A stretch of DNA of 64,000 nucleotides from a phage: sequence record PZ445450.1. The stretch is one strand, 5' to 3'. Under the pieces are notes generated by a model. That model did not search any database, was not told the origin of the DNA, and saw only the letters and a list, made by a program, of their open reading frames with translations. This document shows, piece after piece, positions 20,114-30,421 of the stretch; the first letter of the stretch is position 1, and every line of letters begins with the position of its first letter. Made by a program: the position numbers and the translations under genes.

Positions 20114-21091
20114 TTATTTAACGTGTTTGAAAATACCTGCCAACTCTGTCATTGTCATGCGGGTGGTCTTCATAAGATCTGTCATAGCTTTCTCCATAAT
20201 TGGAGATACTACCATAAAGTTACCTTTGGTGAAACCTTTATTCCAGTCGGTCACTAACAGGGGCTTAAGTCCAGCTCCGAGACGTTCACCAGTTAAAGCA
20301 CAGCATTTGCGAACATACGAACTCTTAAATTGGCTGAACGACAGATCAACTTTCATACCTGCATCGTAGAACGTTTGACAATAGAAAGTGTAAGCCTTAG
20401 CAACCTCAACATCATCAGGCAGTGCAGGAACCTCTTCTGCAATCTCCTCTTCGACCTCCTGAGGCTCTTTTTCCTCTTCAGAGTTCTGTTCTCCAATTTC
20501 TTCTGTCACAGTTTCGTTTACGATGTCTGAAATGTGTTTGTTGGCTGCACGATCAGCCATGAAATTTTTAAAGTCCTGCATTGGTGACATATCTTCTTCC
20601 TCTTCGTCAAAAAGTGCTAGTTTATCTTCTTCTGTCCCATATTGCAAGATGAAGTCTTCAAAAGTATAATCACCTTTCAATTTCTCCATACGCTCTTCGC
20701 TCAGGTGAAGCATCATCTGCTGGACAATTTTTCGATCAGTTTTGTCTTTTATCAATATTGCAGTCTTTTTATCTACCAGACAGTCTTTCAGAGCGTTGCA
20801 CCTCAACCCTACCACACAACAATTGTCAATTGCGTAAGGACCTTCATCATCTATCCGCTCCAGAGATGGGTAGAAAGGATTCCCCAGCCCGTTTTCATCT
20901 GTGTGCATGTCGAAAGGTATAAGGGTATAGTCGCATACCCCCTCTCCTAAAAGTTTTTTACCAAATAGGAGGTATTCTTCCCATGACAGGTTGAACTCTA
21001 TATCTCGTTTCCGTGCATTATTTTGTTTGCGTCTGTATTTTTTGAGCAGGCGCTCTAACTCTTCTGGTGTATAATATTTTTCAAGATTCAT
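20114..21091 (-). CDS. Nuclease-like protein with acidic linker (tentative)
   Basis: ERIDDEGPYAIDNCCVV..CNALK resembles HNH/AP2-type nuclease spacing but lacks the canonical His; central EEEEDM..EEEKEPQEVEEE; start set at ATG 21091. Confidence 0.35.
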   Translation of the reverse strand: MNLEKYYTPEELERLLKKYRRKQNNARKRDIEFNLSWEEYLLFGKKLLGEGVCDYTLIPFDMHTDENGLGNPFYPSLERIDDEGPYAIDNCCVVGLRCNALKDCLVDKKTAILIKDKTDRKIVQQMMLHLSEERMEKLKGDYTFEDFILQYGTEEDKLALFDEEEEDMSPMQDFKNFMADRAANKHISDIVNETVTEEIGEQNSEEEKEPQEVEEEIAEEVPALPDDVEVAKAYTFYCQTFYDAGMKVDLSFSQFKSSYVRKCCALTGERLGAGLKPLLVTDWNKGFTKGNFMVVSPIMEKAMTDLMKTTRMTMTELAGIFKHVK

Positions 21092-21164
21092 GAGTTGTCT
21101 CTCGTGCTCTGTAGGTGAAGAAATCTTATCAAGTGCCTCGACAGATGTCAACCTCAAAAACGTG

Positions 21165-21193
21165 TTGACTTTACTATAAATCTACGATATAGT
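21165..21193 (+). promoter_or_regulatory. Sigma70-like promoter
   Basis: TTGACT-N17-TATAGT in the divergent intergenic region upstream of the rightward block. Confidence 0.6.
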
Positions 21194-21233
21194 GCACCCA
21201 TTCGAAAGAAAACGAACACAGGAGCACTTAATC

Positions 21234-22133
21234 ATGGCAAATCTTAACAGCTTTAGCACTCGGTGGAAACAAGATATCACAACCAATCTCTCAGCAGGTG
21301 ATATCCTTTCTGCAATTTACGAGGCTTTGGATGATAAAGCTACTTCAAGATCGGTTTGTACTAACCCGCTAATTCCTATAGTGATGAAGGTAATTGAGCG
21401 GAGGTTGGTATCCGGGTCTGATAAGTGGACATATTTAGATAATGGAGGGCATACTTACTCCAACGGATATGTTGATATAAAAGTGGAATACGCAGTATCA
21501 TACCGCCGGAGCGGTTCTGTAACTTTCAACTTCTCTGGAGGTTTTCGATCTCTGGCTACTTCACCTTTTGTTTCCTCAGAGGAGAAGTATGAGCTGCCAT
21601 TTCTTTGGATGATGGCTAACGCGACAGGAAAAACCCCCGTTAGCATCCGAGTAAAATACAACTACAACGGATCTAGTAAGATCTATGCCGAAAGTGCCTC
21701 AGCAAGTTTTTATTTTGTGATGGGGGATGGAATCCTCAAACATATAAAGATGTGCGATATGCATGATGTTATAAATGAAGTGACTGATAAGAATGTTCTA
21801 GTGAAAGACCTCAACAATTTTTATACACCCGGAGACTATTACGTCAGCCGTCCACTGTGCATCTTTAATGCCGCACACCCTCTAGGTGAGTATTTGATCG
21901 CCAATAGCGATATTGCCAATAACCGCTTCGAGGTAGCAAGAGTTCAGAATGAGGTATTGACATCTTGCAAGAGCGGTGATAAGTTTACCGAAGAAGAGAT
22001 GGGTGTTTTAGAAATGATGGGATATAAGTGTAGCCTTTGGGTAGATGAGGTGTTTAATGATTGCATCTATGGACAGGATATTTACCCATTAAAGAAGTAT
22101 ACTGATACAAGTTTAATTTATGCGAGGGTTTGA
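21234..22133 (+). CDS. Hypothetical protein (299 aa)
   Basis: ATG 21234 after CAGGAG; first gene of the rightward module. Confidence 0.5.
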   Translation: MANLNSFSTRWKQDITTNLSAGDILSAIYEALDDKATSRSVCTNPLIPIVMKVIERRLVSGSDKWTYLDNGGHTYSNGYVDIKVEYAVSYRRSGSVTFNFSGGFRSLATSPFVSSEEKYELPFLWMMANATGKTPVSIRVKYNYNGSSKIYAESASASFYFVMGDGILKHIKMCDMHDVINEVTDKNVLVKDLNNFYTPGDYYVSRPLCIFNAAHPLGEYLIANSDIANNRFEVARVQNEVLTSCKSGDKFTEEEMGVLEMMGYKCSLWVDEVFNDCIYGQDIYPLKKYTDTSLIYARV

Positions 22134-22408
22134 CTATGATGAAGGCATGTGGTAATGTATATTACGTCGGTGAACATGTTCAGGCAGACAGTGTGTGGAA
22201 ATCTATTAAGTCCACCACTGACGATGCCTTTCTGAGCGGGTTATGCTTTCCCAGCCCAGGGGACACTCTCCCTTACCCTGGAGATTTTGTTGTCAACAAG
22301 ATGGACGGTTATACCGTGTGCCTGATGGTTGAAAAAATCTTTTTAGACACTAGACGCAATCACCGTTTTGTGTTAAAATTTCAAGAATGTAAAATGACAA
22401 TTGCCTAA
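22130..22408 (+). CDS. Hypothetical protein
   Basis: 92-aa ORF overlapping upstream stop. Confidence 0.4.
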   Translation: MTMMKACGNVYYVGEHVQADSVWKSIKSTTDDAFLSGLCFPSPGDTLPYPGDFVVNKMDGYTVCLMVEKIFLDTRRNHRFVLKFQECKMTIA

Positions 22409-22421
22409 GGAGACCTTGCCG

Positions 22422-22778
22422 ATGTCTAAAGTTACTTATCGTGCAGCTATTTACTGCAATGAACACCCAATCAATAATGATGGTCACTGCCTTTTTAAAG
22501 AAAATCAGTTGGGATGTATTGTCCTCCCTGATGAAGGGAAAGGTTATCTGATTGCATTGACAGGGTTTGAACCTGAAGCTCTGGAAGCCAATCTGGACTA
22601 CCTGGTAGAAGAGGGTGCTGCAGACCTGGTTGCCAATGGCCTCTCCATAAGCCTTGACGAAGTGGAGCGCTTCATGGGCAATTACCGTGTAGTGCGTGAG
22701 TTTACTATCGAGGTGGAAACTCCAGAGTGGGGTAGCCATGAAACTAATGCCGAAGAAAAAGAAGAGGAGGTAGAATAA
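22422..22778 (+). CDS. Hypothetical protein with acidic C-terminus
   Basis: ATG 22422 after TAAGGAGA; ends EEKEEEVE. Confidence 0.45.
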   Translation: MSKVTYRAAIYCNEHPINNDGHCLFKENQLGCIVLPDEGKGYLIALTGFEPEALEANLDYLVEEGAADLVANGLSISLDEVERFMGNYRVVREFTIEVETPEWGSHETNAEEKEEEVE

Positions 22779-23035
22779 TGAAAGTGCAGATCTTGACTAA
22801 TGCCGAGAAGATGTTTATTGAAGATACACCTTTTGAAGCTGGTGAGCTACAGTTCATTTATTTTGTTGACTTAGATAAGGTGTTCCCTGCACTGAATCTT
22901 GGTCTGGATGAAGTTCCTCATAAGGTTTTGTGCCAAGTTGTTCGTGCATTAGCGGCAGATGGGGAGTTCCACACCCTTGAAGATGTCCAGACCTACGGGT
23001 ATCTTGAACTACAACGAGAAGAAGAGGTGGACTGA
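22778..23035 (+). CDS. Hypothetical protein
   Basis: 85-aa ORF, start overlaps upstream stop. Confidence 0.4.
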   Translation: MKVQILTNAEKMFIEDTPFEAGELQFIYFVDLDKVFPALNLGLDEVPHKVLCQVVRALAADGEFHTLEDVQTYGYLELQREEEVD

Positions 23036-23037
23036 TA

Positions 23038-23418
23038 ATGGCCCGGTGGAAGACAACAGTTGACCTTCATGATCAGTGGTTAGGACGCATCACTGAAGAC
23101 GGGAAGCTAGTGGAGTGGGACAATAAGCATGTTAGCGAGTTGGCAAGTATTGTGGCTGGCAAGTTACGCTCCAAGTTCCCTGAACAACTGGATCCTGATA
23201 GTTCAAAGTTCGATCCTGAGTTGGAGGATGTTGTATACTACTTCGACACCGTTGATGACTACGACGCGTGGTTTGCAGCACGGGAGCTTTACCCACAAGG
23301 CTCTGCTATGCGTCAGATGGAAGAAGATTATCCTCCGTGTGAGCAATTCAATAGTGCAATGACTTGCCTCTATGATTGGGCAGATAAGAACCTTGTCTGG
23401 ATTCGGACTGCATTTTAG
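23038..23418 (+). CDS. Hypothetical protein
   Basis: 126-aa ORF in tight co-directional array. Confidence 0.4.
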   Translation: MARWKTTVDLHDQWLGRITEDGKLVEWDNKHVSELASIVAGKLRSKFPEQLDPDSSKFDPELEDVVYYFDTVDDYDAWFAARELYPQGSAMRQMEEDYPPCEQFNSAMTCLYDWADKNLVWIRTAF

Positions 23419-23462
23419 TGGGCAGGAATGGCGGCAAGGATGCTGCTTAAGGAGTAGTAGAG

Positions 23463-23732
23463 ATGTTATACCAGCAATATGAACTTCGTGCAGAAAAAGA
23501 GTTAAATTTTGACAAAGATATTCACAGATATTATTATGGGAAAGTTAGAGGGCAAGCAAGAAAGTGTACTCCAACACTCTTTTATGCCAGCAGACGACTA
23601 GCGCCAGAAGAGGCAACAGCAGAAAGGGTTGCGTACAACTGGAGAGTCACGTATGATATTGATAGATCCGATGTAATATCTGTTTTGGAAAACTTTGAAA
23701 ACACTTACACACAAGTAGAGGACTTTTACTAA
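23463..23732 (+). CDS. Hypothetical protein
   Basis: 89-aa ORF; stop overlaps start of the AAA ATPase gene. Confidence 0.4.
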   Translation: MLYQQYELRAEKELNFDKDIHRYYYGKVRGQARKCTPTLFYASRRLAPEEATAERVAYNWRVTYDIDRSDVISVLENFENTYTQVEDFY

Positions 23733-24916
23733 TGTCAAGAAACGTATTCGAAAGTGGTCAAATCACTGTCCGTGAGTTGCCAGCTATTATTCAGTTTGCC
23801 CAACGTCATAGCCGATCTGTCCTAATTTTGGGACCAATGGGTGTAGGTAAAAGCCAGGTGATGAAGCAGATCGCTGATAATATGTTCGGTGAGCGAGATG
23901 ACAACCTTGTTGACGTGCGACTGTCAGATAAAGATCCTGCCGACTTATCTGGGCTACCTATCCCTGTAGAAGCGGATGGAACTACACGTACAGTGTTTGC
24001 AATTCCAGAATTTTGGCCTGCGGATCCTGACTGGAGCGGAATTATCTTTCTGGATGAGCTCACTCATGCAGATAACTACCTGCAAAAGGTTGCAATGCAA
24101 ATTATGCTTGACCACAAGTGCGGTACTTATGCATTCCCTAAGGGGTCTGTTTTTGTGGCTGCTGGTAACCGTTCTACAGATGGTGCGGTTCTTTCGGCGC
24201 TCGAAGCCCCTCTGGCTAACCGTTTTATCATTGTAGAGGTTACAAGCAATGCAGAGGTGTTTATTGAGGACTACGCATTCCTTAATGGGGTGCACTCCTC
24301 TGTAATTGGATATCTGAAAAGAGTTCCATCAGCTATCGATAATTATGAGGCCATGGCTGAGATTAATTGTCCATCTTTTGCCACACCGCGATCTTGGGTT
24401 GCTGCATCTGATATCTTGCACGATTTTGACAGCGGTATTATTTCTGACGCTATGGCCCGTGTTCTTCTGCAAGGTGCTATTGGTCACACTGCAGCGGTAG
24501 AGATCTGGACTTACCACACCAAGAAACGCAACTTACCGGAAATCGGTCGGATTATGGCAGGAGGTTGCAAAGAATACGTAGGTCCTAAACAGCCAGACAT
24601 CTTGTGGATTCTTGGATCTGAAGGTTGCATCGCTATTCGTAATATGATGGAAAATGCAAGTATCTCCGACGAAGATCTTGTTAGCTGTGTGGCAAACTTT
24701 CTCGATTTCCTTTGGGAAAACTTCAAGGACGAGAACCGAGATTTTGTATTTTCAGTCTTTATGGCGATGATGAAACCTAATGCCTTAGGAAATGCCTTGC
24801 TTATCGGTAAAGGTCGTGACAAGATCGTTGCTCAGCTGATCAAAGCATACCCAAACCTGATGAAGATTGTAAAAGAGTTTGGTGAAGAGTTTAGCGCCAT
24901 TTTGGCTAAAGCTTAA
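23732..24916 (+). CDS. AAA+ ATPase (MoxR/CbbQ-like)
   Basis: Walker A GPMGVGKS, Walker B IIFLDEL; about 390 aa typical of MoxR-type ATPases that pair with vWA proteins. Confidence 0.7.
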   Translation: MSRNVFESGQITVRELPAIIQFAQRHSRSVLILGPMGVGKSQVMKQIADNMFGERDDNLVDVRLSDKDPADLSGLPIPVEADGTTRTVFAIPEFWPADPDWSGIIFLDELTHADNYLQKVAMQIMLDHKCGTYAFPKGSVFVAAGNRSTDGAVLSALEAPLANRFIIVEVTSNAEVFIEDYAFLNGVHSSVIGYLKRVPSAIDNYEAMAEINCPSFATPRSWVAASDILHDFDSGIISDAMARVLLQGAIGHTAAVEIWTYHTKKRNLPEIGRIMAGGCKEYVGPKQPDILWILGSEGCIAIRNMMENASISDEDLVSCVANFLDFLWENFKDENRDFVFSVFMAMMKPNALGNALLIGKGRDKIVAQLIKAYPNLMKIVKEFGEEFSAILAKA

Positions 24917-24925
24917 GGAGGTTGT

Positions 24926-25306
24926 ATGGCTAAAGTAGGTAAGCGGGGAAACTACCTGGTGGTATTGACCGAGGAGCCGGAGAAGGAGTACGAATGCAGC
25001 TCCACTTGCGTGATCGATATCCGAGAAAAAGATGTAGATGAAATCTGGTTTAAAATATTGGACGCTTGCGACAGCAGTGATTATTTCTTCATCTATGTCA
25101 ACGATAAGGCTGGGTTCTTCCATGACGACGGAGAGTTGCCGTATGAAATCTATGAACTTGTAGAGGCTTGCCATCGTGGAGATGCGGAGTTGTTTGGCTT
25201 ACGGCTGAAAAGCGGTAAATTCTTCTATCAAGATGAGTGCATGAATCTTCATAACTTTGTAGAGGGAACTTGCAACGATGGAGAGATTTTGGCACACTAC
25301 GATTAA
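24926..25306 (+). CDS. Hypothetical protein
   Basis: 126-aa ORF with AGGAGG RBS. Confidence 0.45.
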   Translation: MAKVGKRGNYLVVLTEEPEKEYECSSTCVIDIREKDVDEIWFKILDACDSSDYFFIYVNDKAGFFHDDGELPYEIYELVEACHRGDAELFGLRLKSGKFFYQDECMNLHNFVEGTCNDGEILAHYD

Positions 25307-25317
25307 TTTCTAAGACC

Positions 25318-25346
25318 TCCCCCGCTTCGGCGGGGATTTTCTATTT
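25318..25346 (+). terminator. Rho-independent terminator
   Basis: Stem CCCCGC/GCGGGG with TTCG tetraloop followed by ATTTTCTATTT. Confidence 0.65.
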
Positions 25347-25355
25347 GGAGTTATT

Positions 25356-25856
25356 GTGAAAATTAAGATCTTTGCTATTATTTTGAGCGCATTTTTATCG
25401 CTGCCTGTTGTTGCAGCACCAAAACAAAAAGTATACCATACTTGCAAGCCATCAGATACTAAGGAAAACATTCTAGCATGCAATATCTACAGGGAAGCTA
25501 GAGGGGATGGCACGATGGGTATGCTGGCATCTGGGTTTGCCACCCTAAACAGGAAATCTCACCCCAAATACCCGGACACCATAAGAAAGATTGTCTACCA
25601 ACCTAACCAGTTTTCGTGGACAAACCACGGCAAAACTTTTAAGGTGACAGAAAAAGATTCATGGGATCACGCTAAAAGTCTTGCAAAGATGCTTCTAAAG
25701 GTCTATAATAACAACCATGTTGCATACATGGCTATGGACATAACAGGTGGAGCAACACACTACCATACAACCAAAGTACGACCGAAATGGGCAAAAAAGA
25801 TGCAGAGGACAGCTCAATTCGGGAGTCATATCTACTACAAGGAGCGCAATAAATGA
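25356..25856 (+). CDS. Secreted cell-wall hydrolase (SleB/Hydrolase_2-like)
   Basis: N-terminal signal peptide MKIKIFAIILSAFLSLPVVAAP; CNIYREARGDG and VYQPNQFSW fit the Hydrolase_2 signature. Confidence 0.6.
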   Translation: MKIKIFAIILSAFLSLPVVAAPKQKVYHTCKPSDTKENILACNIYREARGDGTMGMLASGFATLNRKSHPKYPDTIRKIVYQPNQFSWTNHGKTFKVTEKDSWDHAKSLAKMLLKVYNNNHVAYMAMDITGGATHYHTTKVRPKWAKKMQRTAQFGSHIYYKERNK

Positions 25857-27835
25857 TTGTAAACAGTAATGAAACTAAAGCAGTACTAACCGGAAATATG
25901 GAGGTCACCAGGGGCTCAATTTCTCTGAACAAAGAGACTTTTGGGCTAATCATTAAAGGGATTTACGAAGATAAGGTGCTGGCAAGCTGCCGTGAACCAA
26001 TCTTCAATGCTGTGGACTCCCATGTTGAGTCTGGACGGGGTGATGTACCGATCATCATTCACTCCCCTACAGACCTTGAACCATACTTCTTTGTGCAGGA
26101 CGTTGGATTGGGCATGTCAGAAGAGATGGTCCGCAACACTTTCATGAACCTCGGTGAGTCAACCAAGCGCAACAGCAACGCTCTGGTTGGCAATAAAGGT
26201 GTTGGTTCAAAGGCTCCGTTCAGCATGGTGGACACTTTCGATGTTATCAGTGTGCACAATGGTATTGAAAGCACATATCTATTGTTCTTGGATCAGGGTA
26301 TCCCAAACGTTACCAAGATCCGCGAGCGGAAGACTGAAGAGCACAACGGGGTAAAAGTTCAGTTCCATGTTAAGAAAGAGCATGTCCTGAAATATCGCAC
26401 TGCTATTGCATCGTGCTTACGCTATGCGAAGTTTCCGTTCATCGTCACCGATCCCATGACCAGTAAGATGTTAGAAGGTGACAAGGTTGAGGCACAGTAT
26501 CATTACGAGAAGGATGGCTGGAAAATGACCATCCTGAAAGGTTATACCAGTTCTGATGAGAGCCGTGTTGTGATGGGTAACCAACCTTACCGCTCCAAGT
26601 TCCTGGAGACATTGACCGATTACCCTGCAATCTGCGTGGAAATTCCTATTGGGGATTGCAATATTAACCCTGGGCGTGAATGGACCATAGAGGGCCATGA
26701 CGACGGTGGATTCCAGGATCGCCTGGAGGCATTTGTCAAAGAAGGTATACGTCTTCGCGGGGCAGAAGTTGTTGCAGAACTGGAGACGGCAAAAACCTCC
26801 GCAGAAGCACGTGAAATGATGAAGAATAGTGGAGTGTTCGGACACATCTTCGGCAAGAACTTTATGTGGAACCGTTGGGAAGAAACAGGGCTTGGCGACT
26901 TAGGCGATTGTGAAATTTTCGCTGGAGGCTTAAATAAAGGCCGCATAGGCTATGCTTGTTACGGAAAGTCGGAGTTCTTACGAGGTGTATACCTTGTATT
27001 TAACGACGGAGACGGCAAATATAACCGGAATAAGTGTAACTACTTAAGCGAGATCACCGGACGCAACGTTTTCTATTGCCGGAACACGGATCTGGTGAAA
27101 GAGTTTAAAGAGGCGGCACACCATCCGTTCTTTGCAGATACGGTCAAATTGTTATCGGAGCTTCCACGCCGACCTGCGAAGAAAGGTGAAACCAAAACTC
27201 GTTACGAGCCAGGCTACTGGGTTAAGAAGCTTAGAGAGGATGGCTACTTCCATCGTGAGCGCCTCACGAAGGCAGAGTTCAAGAAGATTAAGCATTGCAT
27301 TCCTTATGAGGGGGATATCCAACGGGGAAGCTGCTGGCTGGGCCAGATGAGTAACATCTACCAGCAAAATTATGACCGTGTGCGTGCTGCACTCCAGATT
27401 CCTGAAGGTGAAGATCTGTACCTGGTATCAGAATCTCGTCTGCTTTGGACTGATCCTGATTGCCAGTATGTTACAGAGAAGAATGTGGAACATTTGTTGA
27501 AAGAGGATGCTTGGAAATTCTTACTGACTCGCGCAGCAAATGAAACTTCATATGACAGCCTGTATAGACAATTAGGGAAAATTATCCCCATGCAGGATTT
27601 TGGAAATTATCGGCCACATTTCCACAAGTGGGAAGGTAACACCGCGTGGAAGCACAGTGAGCTAAATCATCGTGCCAAAATCTTAATCGCCAACCGGGTT
27701 AAGTGCGGGAAGGCCTATATTGCAAGATTGGAAAAGAAATATCCACTTTTGAAGCATGTGGGCTTGAAATATTGGGACACTCCTGCTATGATTGAATACC
27801 GTGAACTGATCGATACAAAGAATAACATCAAATAA
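25853..27835 (+). CDS. rIIA: rIIA-like protein (GHKL ATPase fold)
   Basis: Bergerat-fold boxes DVGLGMSEE and GNKGVGSKAPFS; 660 aa; immediately upstream of an rIIB homolog. Confidence 0.7.
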   Translation: MIVNSNETKAVLTGNMEVTRGSISLNKETFGLIIKGIYEDKVLASCREPIFNAVDSHVESGRGDVPIIIHSPTDLEPYFFVQDVGLGMSEEMVRNTFMNLGESTKRNSNALVGNKGVGSKAPFSMVDTFDVISVHNGIESTYLLFLDQGIPNVTKIRERKTEEHNGVKVQFHVKKEHVLKYRTAIASCLRYAKFPFIVTDPMTSKMLEGDKVEAQYHYEKDGWKMTILKGYTSSDESRVVMGNQPYRSKFLETLTDYPAICVEIPIGDCNINPGREWTIEGHDDGGFQDRLEAFVKEGIRLRGAEVVAELETAKTSAEAREMMKNSGVFGHIFGKNFMWNRWEETGLGDLGDCEIFAGGLNKGRIGYACYGKSEFLRGVYLVFNDGDGKYNRNKCNYLSEITGRNVFYCRNTDLVKEFKEAAHHPFFADTVKLLSELPRRPAKKGETKTRYEPGYWVKKLREDGYFHRERLTKAEFKKIKHCIPYEGDIQRGSCWLGQMSNIYQQNYDRVRAALQIPEGEDLYLVSESRLLWTDPDCQYVTEKNVEHLLKEDAWKFLLTRAANETSYDSLYRQLGKIIPMQDFGNYRPHFHKWEGNTAWKHSELNHRAKILIANRVKCGKAYIARLEKKYPLLKHVGLKYWDTPAMIEYRELIDTKNNIK

Positions 27836-27845
27836 GGAGACCAAG

Positions 27846-29051
27846 ATGATTTTCATCTACGAACATTTCAAAACCCGTAAAGAAGCACGAGACCGCCGTG
27901 CAGAACTTGAGAAGAAGGGTTTCACATGTGCCATTGAGAAAGGCGACACAACCTGGACACTGGCAGTTGGTGCCCCAGAGTTGTTCGATCCTGACCGTGA
28001 CAGCGTCTGCTACACCCGTGAGGATTTTGAAACCCGCGAAGAGGCCCGTTTATTTCGATACGGTCTGGAAGATAACGGTAAGTACGCTATGATCTTAGAT
28101 TTAGGCGAAGGTTCCGTTAAACGTTGGGGCGTGGTATACCCACTGTGTGTTGTTCACGGTGTGGGGTTCACTGGGGTAGCAATCAAGTCAGAAGAACCTT
28201 TAGTAGAAGTCAAAGATCCGGTGCTGGAGGTGGTGAGCAGTGTGTCTCAGCAACAGACTCGAAGCATCGAGCCTTTGGTAGTTATTTGTGGGGAACTCCT
28301 CCAGATCACCTGCAACGAAGGCATTTTTGAAATTCGCCGCAGCGAAAGTGAGGAAGTTTACCAGAAAGTCTTCGACCATATCTCTGTTCAGGAATATGAT
28401 GAGGCAATTGGTGAAATCCTTGTCTGGCTGGAACGCAAGAATGAGTTCACCACACTTGCAGACAACCTGATCATGAAAGATGGCAAGCTCTACTACTACG
28501 GTGTAGAGATGCGATCCACCATTGCAAAGAAAATTGAGAAAGATTATGCAGACGGAACGCTGGATGACCGCTATGTGAAATTCCTCGTTCGCCTGCTACG
28601 CAATCCTTCTGCAAAATCTGTAAACATGCTCTACGATTTTATGCAGGCCAACGATATCCAGATTGCAGAAGATGGTCGAATCATTTGCTACAAAGGGGTT
28701 CAGTTTAACGGCAGCAAGTGGGTGGATTGGCACAGTGGTAAAGTTCCACAATACCAGGGTGCTTTTGTATCCATGCCTCGTAACTTTGTAGAGGATGATC
28801 CGGAAGCTGCGTGCTCCTATGGCTTACACTGCGCCAGCAAAGAGTATGCAAAGAGCTACGGCACTGTAATGACTGTCATGGTTGACCCTGCAGATGTGGT
28901 TAGTGTGCCATACCAACACAATAGCGCCAAGTGCCGTGCATGCCGCTATGAGATTGTGGTAGCTCCGGAAGCACGCAAAGATGGAGACCCTATTGAATAT
29001 GTAGTTGATCGTGACGGTAACACTATCGACATTCTTTACGAGGAGGCGTAA
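27846..29051 (+). CDS. rIIB: rIIB-like protein
   Basis: C-terminal CSYGLHCASKEYAKSYGTV..VDPADVVSVPYQHNSAKCRACRYEIV closely parallels T4 rIIB as recalled from memory; not database-verified. Confidence 0.75.
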   Translation: MIFIYEHFKTRKEARDRRAELEKKGFTCAIEKGDTTWTLAVGAPELFDPDRDSVCYTREDFETREEARLFRYGLEDNGKYAMILDLGEGSVKRWGVVYPLCVVHGVGFTGVAIKSEEPLVEVKDPVLEVVSSVSQQQTRSIEPLVVICGELLQITCNEGIFEIRRSESEEVYQKVFDHISVQEYDEAIGEILVWLERKNEFTTLADNLIMKDGKLYYYGVEMRSTIAKKIEKDYADGTLDDRYVKFLVRLLRNPSAKSVNMLYDFMQANDIQIAEDGRIICYKGVQFNGSKWVDWHSGKVPQYQGAFVSMPRNFVEDDPEAACSYGLHCASKEYAKSYGTVMTVMVDPADVVSVPYQHNSAKCRACRYEIVVAPEARKDGDPIEYVVDRDGNTIDILYEEA

Positions 29052-30421
29052 TGGAAAAAGGGCAGTATGATGTAGGCACAGATGCTGCCCTCGTTGCAAT
29101 CATGAGCGGTGAGAATGTCTTCGTTTCAGGACCTGCAGGTTGTGGGAAGACGTATCTCATCAACATGATCCAGTCGATGTATGGAGACTCTTGCATAACG
29201 GTTGCCCCGACAGGGGTAGCCGCTTTAAACGTTAATGGAGCAACAGCACACCGAACCTTCGATCTTGCAGCAGGTGTGAGCATGGAGTCAGACTGGACCG
29301 CAATAAGGGCAAAAACAGCAAAGCCTTTGAAAAGCAAGGCATTTACCATCCTAATTATCGATGAAATCTCTATGATCCGTGCTGATAAGTTTATAGAGAT
29401 GGATAGGAAACTCCGCTTCCTTCGAAAAAATGACAAACCTTTCGGAGGCATACAGGTCATATTGTTTGGCGATTTTTACCAGGCACCTCCTGTTGTCTCT
29501 TCTATGGAGAAGGAAGCCTACTTCAACTTCTACCATACGGACCTGTGTTGCTATACCGAATCTTGGAAAGAGCTTGACCTCCACAACATAGCCCTAGTAG
29601 ATCAGTTCCGACAGGAGTCTATTCGATTTGCTACAATGCTCAACTGTGTTCGTGAGGGTCGTCGCATAAAAGAGGTTGTAGCAGAACTTAATGCTCGCTG
29701 TTACAAAGGAGGTGTACCAACAGACGCTCTCACAATTTGCGCCACCAACAAACAAGCAGAGGAAGTGAACAGAAGGTTCTATGATGCCATCAACGCCCCA
29801 GAGAAGGTATACACTGGTGAAATGAAGGGTAAGTTTCCCTCCACCCTGCCAGTTGAGCAGGAGATGAAGTTGAAAATTGGCATGAAAGTTATGATAACCG
29901 CCAACGATGTTGACCCGACGCACAAAGTACCTTATTATGTTAACGGAACACGTGCTACAATTGTTAAATTTAAGAACAAGGCGGTGGTGGTAGAGCTTGA
30001 AGATGGAACACAGGTTGACATAGAGCAGAGGTTGTGGGAGAATAACGAGTATAAGCCATCTCAGAGATACAACATTGCAGAAAGGAAGATGGAGAAGTTT
30101 ATAGAGAGGGTAGTGATTGGGTCATACAAGCAACTTCCTCTGAAATCTGGGTACGCCGTAACATCTCATAAAAGTCAAGGACTTACACTAGATTGTTACA
30201 ACCTAGACCTTGGAAAGAACGGAGCTTTCTCTCCTGGGATGACGTATGTCGCTTTGAGTAGAGTTAAGACAATACAAGGAATAAACTTGTTGCGTCCACT
30301 AAGAGAGGTTGACATTATTGTTGACCCGCGAGTCGTAGAGTTTTACAATACAACATTCCCTGACTTAGACAAAATTGTCAGGAAAGATTTTGAAACCAGA
30401 GCAGAAGAGGGGGACGTATGA
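29051..30421 (+). CDS. dda: Dda-like SF1B DNA helicase
   Basis: Walker A GPAGCGKT, motif II IIDEISM, QAPPV, VTSHKSQGLTLD and YVALSRVK; 456 aa. Confidence 0.75.
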   Translation: MEKGQYDVGTDAALVAIMSGENVFVSGPAGCGKTYLINMIQSMYGDSCITVAPTGVAALNVNGATAHRTFDLAAGVSMESDWTAIRAKTAKPLKSKAFTILIIDEISMIRADKFIEMDRKLRFLRKNDKPFGGIQVILFGDFYQAPPVVSSMEKEAYFNFYHTDLCCYTESWKELDLHNIALVDQFRQESIRFATMLNCVREGRRIKEVVAELNARCYKGGVPTDALTICATNKQAEEVNRRFYDAINAPEKVYTGEMKGKFPSTLPVEQEMKLKIGMKVMITANDVDPTHKVPYYVNGTRATIVKFKNKAVVVELEDGTQVDIEQRLWENNEYKPSQRYNIAERKMEKFIERVVIGSYKQLPLKSGYAVTSHKSQGLTLDCYNLDLGKNGAFSPGMTYVALSRVKTIQGINLLRPLREVDIIVDPRVVEFYNTTFPDLDKIVRKDFETRAEEGDV

